Assembly: GCA_910588775.1 (NCBI GenBank)
Contig: CAJURH010000009.1
Span: forward strand, 2,446 to 66,445
Source of the DNA: an uncultured Lachnospiraceae bacterium
Lineage (GTDB): Bacteria; Bacillota; Clostridia; Lachnospirales; Lachnospiraceae
Length of the DNA stretch: 64,000 nucleotides
Direction: 5' to 3'
Both the position numbers and the translations under genes were made by a program. This document shows, piece after piece, positions 30,629 through 37,735 of the stretch. The notes under the pieces are model-generated. The model worked only from the letters and a program-made list of their open reading frames with translations. It did no database searches and was not told the DNA's origin. Each line of letters opens with the position of its first letter. Position 1 is the stretch's first letter.

Positions 30629-30686
30629 AATAAAAGAAGAAAGAGAAAGCGTATTTGGCGTTTTCTCTTCCTTTTTTCTTATTTTC
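30627..30686. terminator. Bidirectional terminator-like hairpin between convergent genes
   Basis: AAGAGAAAGCG...CGTTTTCTCTT flanked by A and T tracts. Confidence 0.6.
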
Positions 30687-30692
30687 TCAATT

Positions 30693-31754
30693 CTATTTTT
30701 CTCTTAACCGCACGGCAGTGGCCGCCTTCCTTCTGCGGGCGTCGCCCAAATCGGCATAATGTTTCCGTGTGGTATTCACGTCTTTGTGTCCCAGCACATC
30801 GGCTACCAGATAGATATCCCCGGTTTCTTCGTATAAAGCGGTGCCATAGGTGCTGCGAAGTTTGTGAGGCGTAATTTTTTTGGTGGTCGTGACAGCTTGG
30901 GAATATTTTTTCACCAAGTTTTCCACTGCCTTGACGCCGATTCGCCGACGCTGGGTGGAGTAGAAGAGCGCGTGTTCATGTCCGGCCAGCGGGGTGATTC
31001 CTTCCCGCACTTCCAGGTAATCCAGCAACGCCTGGGCCACTTCTTCGCCAAAATAGACAATCATTTCGTTTCCGCCCTTGCGGTGCACTTTAATGCCGTT
31101 GTTCTGAAAATCAATGTCCTCCACATCTAGTCCTACGCATTCTGAAACACGGATGCCTGTACCCAGAAGCAGTGTGAAAATGGCCAGATCCCGTTCTTTG
31201 GTTTTCTCATAATAGGTTTTCTTCTGACCGGTCAACGTGTCTCCAGCGTGCTCAATGTAATCCAAAAGGGTGGCCACTTCGTCCGGGTCCAGCTTGACAA
31301 TGGATTTATCATGAAGCTTGGGCATGTCCACCAATAAGGTTGGATTGGTGTGGATCATTTCCCTTTTGTAATAATAGGCGTAGAAACTGCGCAAGGAGGA
31401 CATTTTCCGCTTGATTCCCCGTTCTCCATTGGTGTTTTCCAGACCGGTGTCCTTGGACTGGTAGACTCTTAAATACTCCTGGTATTCTTCAATATCCACC
31501 GCCTGTAGGGCATCCAGTACATCCACCCGGAAGTCCTCCATAGCGTAGTTCTGGAAAAGCGGATTCTCCATTAACAAATATTGAAAAAAAACTTTCAAAT
31601 CATAGGCGTAAGAAAGTCTGGTTCTGGAAGATGCGGTTGTGCCGATGGCGCGGAAATAATCCCGGGCAAATGGCGGCAGTTCCTTCAGCAGTTCCCGTAA
31701 TTTTAATGTATTTTCTTTGTCCACCTGTGTGTGGTAGGCTGTCCTTGCATCCAT
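30693..31754 (-). CDS. Tyrosine recombinase, XerC/XerS-like (353 aa)
   Basis: Catalytic R (GIRVSE), K (RKGG), HxxR (HKLR), LGH, Y (KHY); N-terminal SAM-like core-binding region; RBS AAGGGGG. Confidence 0.93.
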   Translation of the reverse strand: MDARTAYHTQVDKENTLKLRELLKELPPFARDYFRAIGTTASSRTRLSYAYDLKVFFQYLLMENPLFQNYAMEDFRVDVLDALQAVDIEEYQEYLRVYQSKDTGLENTNGERGIKRKMSSLRSFYAYYYKREMIHTNPTLLVDMPKLHDKSIVKLDPDEVATLLDYIEHAGDTLTGQKKTYYEKTKERDLAIFTLLLGTGIRVSECVGLDVEDIDFQNNGIKVHRKGGNEMIVYFGEEVAQALLDYLEVREGITPLAGHEHALFYSTQRRRIGVKAVENLVKKYSQAVTTTKKITPHKLRSTYGTALYEETGDIYLVADVLGHKDVNTTRKHYADLGDARRRKAATAVRLREK

Positions 31755-31768
31755 ATAAATTCCCCCTT

Positions 31769-31802
31769 ATCTATTCGCAAAACATGAATTTGTAGAATAG
31801 AT
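31769..31802. other. Candidate dif-like recombination site
   Basis: ATCTATTCGCAAAA-CATGAA-TTTGTAGAATAGAT: 14-bp arms (11/14 symmetric) around a 6-bp spacer, 14 bp upstream of the recombinase start, at the gene-orientation switch. Confidence 0.65.
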
Positions 31803-31816
31803 TAATCTACCCCTAT

Positions 31817-31845
31817 ATACTACCATTTACAGGTATATTTGTCAA
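31817..31845 (-). promoter_or_regulatory. sigma-A promoter of the recombinase gene
   Basis: Minus strand TTGACA-17 bp-TAGTAT with TG extension. Confidence 0.75.
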
Positions 31846-31866
31846 TTCGAATTATTTACAAATTTC

Positions 31867-31919
31867 CGAACGGATATTCCGAATATCCGTTTACATACAC
31901 TATTAAAGTATGTTATAAT
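31867..31919 (+). promoter_or_regulatory. lexA promoter with two degenerate SOS boxes
   Basis: CGAACGGATATTCC (31867-80) and CGAATATCCGTTTA (31880-93) resemble CGAAC-N4-GTTCG; TTTACA-18-TATAAT with TG extension. Confidence 0.6.
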
Positions 31920-31967
31920 AAATCAGCCCTTATATTACGAACGCATACATACGGAGGTATTATAATT

Positions 31968-32594
31968 ATGGCATATGGAAAAATCACTGAAAAACAACAG
32001 GAAATTCTGGATTTTATAAAAAACGAGATATTGAACCGCGGATTTCCCCCATCCGTACGGGACATCTGCAAGGCGGTTCATTTGAAGTCCACTTCCTCTG
32101 TTCACTCTCATTTGGAAACCCTGGAGAAAAACGGTTATATACGCCGCGATCCCACCAAACCCAGAGCCATTGAAATCCTGGACAGCAACTTCAATATGAC
32201 CCGCCGTGAAATGGCCAATGTGCCGATTGTGGGCACGGTGGCTGCGGGCCAGCCTATTTTCGCCGTTGAAAACGTGGAAAGTTATTTCCCTCTTCCAACG
32301 GAATATCTTACCAATAACCAGCCCTTCATGCTGCGGGTTCAGGGTGAAAGTATGAGAAACATAGGGATTATGGATGGAGATTTTGTGATTGTTGAGAAGA
32401 AAAATACGGCCAGCAATGGAGAAGTGATCGTTGCTCTGGTTGACGATTCTGCCACGGTAAAGACCTATTACCTGGAAAACGACTGCGTCCGCCTGCAGCC
32501 GGAAAACGATACCATGGAACCGATTCTCATTCATGAAAAAGATGGATTGCAGATTATCGGCAAAGTGATCGGCGTGTTCCGCTCCATGAGATAA
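31968..32594 (+). CDS. lexA: SOS repressor LexA
   Basis: PPSVRDI...V.L.STSSV..HL, cleavage site VAAG, catalytic GESM and ATVK; RBS GGAGG. Confidence 0.97.
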   Translation: MAYGKITEKQQEILDFIKNEILNRGFPPSVRDICKAVHLKSTSSVHSHLETLEKNGYIRRDPTKPRAIEILDSNFNMTRREMANVPIVGTVAAGQPIFAVENVESYFPLPTEYLTNNQPFMLRVQGESMRNIGIMDGDFVIVEKKNTASNGEVIVALVDDSATVKTYYLENDCVRLQPENDTMEPILIHEKDGLQIIGKVIGVFRSMR

Positions 32595-32640
32595 CCATAA
32601 ATGTGTTATGTAAACTTATCTGCCGCCCAGAGATTTTTGG

Positions 32641-32683
32641 AAAAAGAAAACAGGGGGAACCCGTTTCAATCCCCCTGTTATTC
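32641..32683. terminator. Terminator between lexA and rsfS
   Basis: AACAGGGGGA...TCCCCCTGTT with an A-tract (T-tract on the minus strand). Confidence 0.7.
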
Positions 32684-33046
32684 CCCCTCCATAAATGTCT
32701 GGGCGTCTATCAGCGTTCCATCCCGCCAAATTCTTTCCAAATCATAGAATAGGCGGTTTTCCTCATCAAAAATATGCAGAATAATATCGCCAAAGTCCAT
32801 CAGAATCCAACTGGAGCCCCGACCACCTTCCACATGCTTAATCTCATAGCCGGCTCTTCCCAAGGTTTCCTCCACGTGGTCCACCATCGCCTGCACCTGA
32901 TTGGGGTTGCTGGCAGTGGTGATAATAAAGTAATCGGCCAGCACAGATACTTCATGGATGTCGATTACCTTAATATCCATGGCTTTCTTTGATTCCAGCG
33001 CTTTGCATGCAAGCCTGGCCATCTGCTCTCCTTCTCTTCTATCCAT
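32678..33046 (-). CDS. rsfS: Ribosome silencing factor RsfS
   Basis: KKA.DI, DYFII.T, W.L.DFGD...H.F...R.FYDLE.IW. Alternative start 33022. Confidence 0.95.
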   Translation of the reverse strand: MDRREGEQMARLACKALESKKAMDIKVIDIHEVSVLADYFIITTASNPNQVQAMVDHVEETLGRAGYEIKHVEGGRGSSWILMDFGDIILHIFDEENRLFYDLERIWRDGTLIDAQTFMEGE

Positions 33047-33629
33047 GTTTCTTTTCATTCCTTTCCGAATAATAGTCAAATGCCTTTTGTGTGGCAGGGT
33101 CAATGTTTCTGGGCGTTTGGCTGAGATATTCCAAGGTATCCTTTAGAATTTCATAGGTGCACTTGTCCAAATCCTGGAAAGCCAGACGTCGTATTTCATC
33201 CAAATGGGGGGCTGTACTTCGCATAGGTTCAATATAGTCTGCAATAAATACAATTTGCTCAAGCGTAGTCATAGCCTGCTTTCCAGTGGTATGACAGCGG
33301 ATAGCGCTTAACACTTCTTTATCTTTTACGCCATATTTCTTTTTGGCGAAATATGCTCCCAGCTTTGCATGGAGCAGAAATGGATTTTCCTTTTCCAAGG
33401 AGGATACCGGAAGTTTATGCTTTTTGCAAAGCTTCAGCTTCTTCTTATCTGAAACGCATTTGGCGCAATCGTGTAAAAGTCCGGCAAGCTGAGCTTTTTC
33501 CAGATCCACCCCATATACCATCGCCATTGCCGCGCAAGTATACATAACGCCCAGTGTATGTTGAAAGCGGTGGCTATCCAGTTTCTTATATAATTTGTTT
33601 TGTATTGTCCTGAAATTCTCTGTATCCAT
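33039..33629 (-). CDS. yqeK: YqeK HD-domain Ap4A hydrolase
   Basis: R..HT.GV, GLLHD.AK, LH...G, HTTG, ADYIEP.R. Confidence 0.93.
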   Translation of the reverse strand: MDTENFRTIQNKLYKKLDSHRFQHTLGVMYTCAAMAMVYGVDLEKAQLAGLLHDCAKCVSDKKKLKLCKKHKLPVSSLEKENPFLLHAKLGAYFAKKKYGVKDKEVLSAIRCHTTGKQAMTTLEQIVFIADYIEPMRSTAPHLDEIRRLAFQDLDKCTYEILKDTLEYLSQTPRNIDPATQKAFDYYSERNEKKHG

Positions 33630-34302
33630 GTTCCACGTCCTTATAAAGCCTTGCATCCCCATAAGCTTCCTGCCATAATGGGCATACATGGTATATTCGA
33701 TTTTTATAAATATAATCCCGAACCGGATCGGGTACATAATACCGGATGGTTTCTTCTGCAGAAATGCATTTTCGGATGAGGGCGGAAGAAATATCCACGT
33801 TTGGGGTGTCCATACGGACGAATATTCCCCCGTATTTTTCGGAAATCCTCTCCATCTCCTGTTCCAGGGTTACCGGATCTGTATGGTCACGGACGGCTAC
33901 CGCTATTTTACAGTTTTGACAGATACGGCCTGGTTCCCGCCACTTTTCCAACGTGAACAGGGAATCCGCACCGATAATAAAATAGTAATCTTCGTCTGGA
34001 TATTCCCGTTTCATCCGCTCCAGCGTTCGATACGTATAGGAGTATCCCTGTTCCTGCATTTCTATGAGAGATAATTCAAAATGAGCATTGTCCGCGATCG
34101 CCAATTTCACCATCTCAATGCGCTGGCTGTCGGTGGCTCTGCCGGGACGGATTTTCTTGTGGGGAGGATTTCCCGCTGGCAGAAACAAAACCTTTTCCAG
34201 ACCAAATTGTTCATACGCCTTTTCCCCAAGAATCAGGTGCCCGATGTGTATGGGGTCAAAAGTGCCGCCCATAATTCCGATTTTTCTCTTACTCTCACCC
34301 AT
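33586..34302 (-). CDS. nadD: Nicotinate-nucleotide adenylyltransferase
   Basis: GGTFDPIHIGH, PPHK, IIGADS, ISS..IR. Confidence 0.96.
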   Translation of the reverse strand: MGESKRKIGIMGGTFDPIHIGHLILGEKAYEQFGLEKVLFLPAGNPPHKKIRPGRATDSQRIEMVKLAIADNAHFELSLIEMQEQGYSYTYRTLERMKREYPDEDYYFIIGADSLFTLEKWREPGRICQNCKIAVAVRDHTDPVTLEQEMERISEKYGGIFVRMDTPNVDISSALIRKCISAEETIRYYVPDPVRDYIYKNRIYHVCPLWQEAYGDARLYKDVEHGYREFQDNTKQII

Positions 34303-34320
34303 TTCAAGTCCTCAGATCCA

Positions 34321-34614
34321 TTATTGCGGAAGTTCGATTTTACTTTTCCCGTCTTTTTTTGGCCGGTACAGGACAATTTTCTTGCCGATTACCTGCACCA
34401 CCGACGCGTGCGTGCGCTCTGCCACAGTGTCCGCTATATCCTTGGGATTTTCCAGGCAGTTTTGCAACACGTTGATTTTGATCAGCTCTCTGGCTTCCAA
34501 CGCTTCATCCACGGAAATTGTATTTTCCGGCGTGAGTCCCCCTTTCCCGATTCGGAGGACAGGGGTGATCTTCATAGCCAATCCTTTTAAATAAGCTCTC
34601 TGTTTACTTGTCAT
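34321..34614 (-). CDS. yhbY: CRM-domain RNA-binding protein YhbY
   Basis: KQRA.L, IGK.GL, ELIK, VQ.IG...VLYR. Confidence 0.93.
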   Translation of the reverse strand: MTSKQRAYLKGLAMKITPVLRIGKGGLTPENTISVDEALEARELIKINVLQNCLENPKDIADTVAERTHASVVQVIGKKIVLYRPKKDGKSKIELPQ

Positions 34615-34628
34615 TCAATCCCACGCTC

Positions 34629-35921
34629 CTATTTATAATATTCAAAGGCGAATCCGTACATACGCACCGTATCTCCATCCTGAATACCTTCTTTTTCCAA
34701 ATCTTCCAATATGCCTCCGTCTTTCAGGAAATTTTGGAAAAAGGCAAATCCCTTCTCAGAATCCAGGTTGGTATATCCCAGCATTTTCTCAATTTTGGGA
34801 CCTTCCACGATAAATGTATGGGGATCTTTTTCATCGCGTTCCACTGTATAGGGGAGACTTTCCACCAGAAGTTCTTCTTCTGGAAAGAACTCCTGTTCAA
34901 ACACAATGCTCTCTTTGGGCAAGGTGGAAAGCAGTTTCTTCACAGCCCATAAAAGCTCTTTTACGCCCTGGCCGCTGACTGCGGAGATTCCATATACAGG
35001 CACGCCTTTGGGTTCAAATTCCTGTTTAATACGCTGCAGCGCTTCGTCTGCGTCGGGTCCCAGCGCATCTATTTTATTAGCCGCGATGATTTGGGGGCGC
35101 TGGGCGATTTCCTGGTTGTATAATTTCAGTTCTTCGTTTATTTTATAGATATCTTCCACTGGATCCCGGCCTTCTATGGAAGCGATGTCCACCAGATGGA
35201 TGATGGCGCGCGTGCGCTCAATGTGTCTTAAGAATTCATGGCCCAACCCGGTTCCCTGGGAAGCGCCTTCAATGAGTCCCGGGATATCCGCAATGACGAA
35301 ACCGTCAATTTCTTCGTAGTCCACCACGCCTAAATGGGGATTCAAAGTGGTGAAAGGATAATTGGCTACTTTTGGGCGGGCATGGGACGCTCTGGATAAA
35401 AAAGTAGACTTCCCCACGTTGGGAAATCCCACCAGACCCACATCTGCAATTACTTTTAGCTCCAGCAAAACTTCCAGCTCCAGGGACGCGGCTCCCGCCT
35501 GGGCGTATTTGGGAACCTGCATGGTGGATGTGGCATAATGCATATTGCCGTTGCCGCCCTTTCCGCCTTTTAAAAGAACCTGCCTTTTGTTGTCCCCGGA
35601 TAAATCTGCGATTACTTTGCCCGACTGCGCTTCCATGACGACGGTGCCGGCAGGCACATAAAGGGTCAAATCCTTGCCATTTGCACCATGGCAGCGACGT
35701 TTTCCGCCGGGTCTTCCATCTTCCGCCGCGTATTTTCTTTTGTGGCGGTAGTCTATTAACGTGTTTAGCCCGTCGTCCACCTGAAATATGATATCGCCGC
35801 CCTTTCCGCCGTCTCCGCCGTCAGGTCCGCCGTTGGCCACATACATTTCTCTGCGGAAGCTGACGCATCCGTCACCGCCTTTTCCTGAACGTATCATAAT
35901 TTTGGCTCTATCCGCAAACAT
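34629..35921 (-). CDS. obgE: GTPase ObgE/CgtA
   Basis: Gly-rich Obg fold, GFPNVGKST, DIPGLIEGA, NKID. Confidence 0.98.
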   Translation of the reverse strand: MFADRAKIMIRSGKGGDGCVSFRREMYVANGGPDGGDGGKGGDIIFQVDDGLNTLIDYRHKRKYAAEDGRPGGKRRCHGANGKDLTLYVPAGTVVMEAQSGKVIADLSGDNKRQVLLKGGKGGNGNMHYATSTMQVPKYAQAGAASLELEVLLELKVIADVGLVGFPNVGKSTFLSRASHARPKVANYPFTTLNPHLGVVDYEEIDGFVIADIPGLIEGASQGTGLGHEFLRHIERTRAIIHLVDIASIEGRDPVEDIYKINEELKLYNQEIAQRPQIIAANKIDALGPDADEALQRIKQEFEPKGVPVYGISAVSGQGVKELLWAVKKLLSTLPKESIVFEQEFFPEEELLVESLPYTVERDEKDPHTFIVEGPKIEKMLGYTNLDSEKGFAFFQNFLKDGGILEDLEKEGIQDGDTVRMYGFAFEYYK

Positions 35922-35963
35922 ATTCCTCTCACCTCCTTAAAACGCTTTACGTTCAAAACTCTT

Positions 35964-35997
35964 AAAAAGGCTTCAAACCCATAAGATTTGAAGCCTT
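35964..35997 (-). terminator. Intrinsic terminator after rpmA
   Basis: Minus strand AAGGCTTCAAAT...GTTTGAAGCCTTTTT. Confidence 0.75.
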
Positions 35998-36014
35998 CCA
36001 TCTCGAAATCCTAA

Positions 36015-36305
36015 TTACTCCTCAGTAGCAACCGGAATAACAGAAACTTGTTTCTTGTCCCTTCCTTTTCTGGTATAGCGCACCACGCCATCCTTCAAAG
36101 CAAATAAGGTATGATCTCTTCCCAAACCCACGTTCAATCCGGGATGAATCCTTGTCCCACGCTGTCTGTAAAGGATATTTCCTGCAAGAACAAACTGGCC
36201 GTCCGCTCTCTTTGCGCCCAACCGTTTTGATTCAGAATCCCGACCGTTTTTGGTAGAACCTACCCCTTTTTTATGGGCAAATAACTGAAGGTTCATTTTC
36301 AGCAT
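36015..36305 (-). CDS. rpmA: 50S ribosomal protein L27 with N-terminal extension
   Basis: [24 protein letters not shown]. Confidence 0.98.
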   Translation of the reverse strand: MLKMNLQLFAHKKGVGSTKNGRDSESKRLGAKRADGQFVLAGNILYRQRGTRIHPGLNVGLGRDHTLFALKDGVVRYTRKGRDKKQVSVIPVATEE

Positions 36306-36309
36306 TGTT

Positions 36310-36630
36310 CTACACCTCCTTTGCAATTATTTTCAAATAATCTTTTTCGTAACTGTCCTGTATCTGGGATAAACCCAGCATCAGAGAATCCATCAGAAGT
36401 TTCGATTCCTTACTGGGGCCAACAATAAACTCCAAAGATAAGTATCCCTCATCACTGATTACGTGAATCACATCATCCGTAAAACTGTCAATGGAATTTA
36501 CGGTATTTACCATCAATGCGGAGACGGCGGCGCAGATAATATCCCGTCCTTCTTCCGCAAAACCGGCATGTCCTTTGGATTCTACTCTGTTAAATTCCCC
36601 GTTCTTTCTCCATACCGTTACCGTGATCAT
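36310..36630 (-). CDS. prp: Ribosomal-processing cysteine protease Prp
   Basis: GHAG....G.DI.CAAVS; lies between rplU and rpmA. Confidence 0.93.
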   Translation of the reverse strand: MITVTVWRKNGEFNRVESKGHAGFAEEGRDIICAAVSALMVNTVNSIDSFTDDVIHVISDEGYLSLEFIVGPSKESKLLMDSLMLGLSQIQDSYEKDYLKIIAKEV

Positions 36631-36644
36631 ATCACACCTGAAAT

Positions 36645-36950
36645 TTACAGATTGATCTTTTCAATTTTAACTCTTGTGTACTGTTGTCTATGTCCAATCT
36701 TCTTGTGGTAACCGGTCTTTCTCTTGAATTTGTAAACGGTTACTTTCTTTCCTTTTTCGTCACCCACTACAGATGCAGTAACGCTGGCGCCAGCCACGTC
36801 ATTTCCCACTTTCAGGCCGTTGTCGCTGACAGCAAGCACATCGTCAAAAGTAACTGTTTCGCCGGCTTCCACGCCAAGCTTCTCTACATTTACGAAATCG
36901 CCCGCAGCAACCTTATACTGTTTGCCACCTGTTGCAATGATTGCGTACAT
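36645..36950 (-). CDS. rplU: 50S ribosomal protein L21
   Basis: [20 protein letters not shown]. Confidence 0.98.
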   Translation of the reverse strand: MYAIIATGGKQYKVAAGDFVNVEKLGVEAGETVTFDDVLAVSDNGLKVGNDVAGASVTASVVGDEKGKKVTVYKFKRKTGYHKKIGHRQQYTRVKIEKINL

Positions 36951-36964
36951 AAGGCACACCTCCT

Positions 36965-37032
36965 ATTTCATTTACTCGCCAAATACGGTAGTTGCATTAT
37001 CAACACTTAAAACCTCTTTGTGCGGCATACCA
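36965..37032 (-). promoter_or_regulatory. L21 leader RNA
   Basis: GCCGCAC...GGCGAGT elements between the TTGACG-17-TACGAT promoter (37037-37065) and the rplU RBS. Confidence 0.7.
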
Positions 37033-37096
37033 TTGTATCGTAGCACATATGCAGATTTTCGTCAAGTGCCAAGCATAAAGTTTTTGCATATATTTT

Positions 37097-37140
37097 AAAA
37101 AGCCGACAAGCAGGAAAAATCGCTTTCCCGCTGTCAGCTT
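37097..37140 (-). terminator. Intrinsic terminator closing the riboswitch transcript
   Basis: Minus strand AGCTGACAGCGGGAAA...TTTCCTGCTTGTCGGCTTTTT. Confidence 0.7.
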
Positions 37141-37291
37141 GTGAACTTAATCATGTCTTTATTATGTCTTTTTGAAATTCGCTTTTTGTCTGTCTGCTTA
37201 TAGGACAGACGATGTGTTTTCAGGGCTTTTTACCGCCTCCTCGCTTTTTGTTTTTCATATTGACTTTAAGTATCTCAACGTCGTGGTTTAG

Positions 37292-37375
37292 TCACCCATA
37301 TCGGAATCGCTCAGCCGTGCTTCTGAACTTTCCGGTTGTATTCTTTTGTTTTTTCTGACCCAGAAAAGGGTACAA
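37292..37375 (-). CDS. Possible 27-aa sORF (MYPFLGQKKQKNTTGKFRSTAERFRYG) under the cobalamin riboswitch
   Basis: GGAGG, 8-nt spacer, TTG start; no homology recognised. Confidence 0.25.
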   Translation of the reverse strand: MYPFLGQKKQKNTTGKFRSTAERFRYG

Positions 37376-37383
37376 AAAATAGT

Positions 37384-37590
37384 CCTCCACTTTATGCCTC
37401 TGGATACTGTCCATTTACCAATCTACAGACACCTGTCTCCTGACTCGAGTTTCTAACCTACTTACTGCCCTTCCCAGATTCTACGAATCCAGTGGTTATG
37501 CAGCGTTCGCACTCATTACAGTAGGGATAAAGCTGTCCCGGAATCTCACCGGATGTTCCAGAAATGGTTACCCACTTCCTTGTATCTGTA
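37384..37590 (-). promoter_or_regulatory. Cobalamin (B12) riboswitch
   Basis: P1 TACAGATAC/GTGTCTGTA, CCGGTGAGATTCCGG, ACTGTAA, CCACTG...TGGGAAGG, B12-box GAGTCAGGAGAC; complementary kissing loops CTTTAT (37527-32) and ATAAAG (37390-95). Confidence 0.9.
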
Positions 37591-37636
37591 ATATAATTGG
37601 CTTATCAATATGGAATTGCTTTCGCTTTATGGTTAT

Positions 37637-37665
37637 ATACTATCACTTTGCCCAGGAATTGTCAA
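37637..37665 (-). promoter_or_regulatory. sigma-A promoter driving the riboswitch
   Basis: TTGACA-17 bp-TAGTAT with TG extension. Confidence 0.75.
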
Positions 37666-37735
37666 TAGTAATTTATGAAAAAAAATAACGCCATTTCTGT
37701 TTCTATCCAGGAACAGCGTCATTTTTTCTATTTGC

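Noticed and set aside
30693..31754. Prophage or ICE integrase
   Set aside because: No phage, excisionase or conjugation genes; flanked by housekeeping genes; no att duplication seen.
37134..37258. Further micro-ORFs after the riboswitch (MKNKKRGGGKKP; a CTG-start 29-codon frame)
   Set aside because: No suitably spaced RBS or canonical start; probably chance.
37140..37380. ANTAR dual-hairpin motifs (EutX/Rli55-like) in the riboswitch tail
   Set aside because: No convincing pair of hexaloop hairpins with the A1/G4 pattern found by eye.
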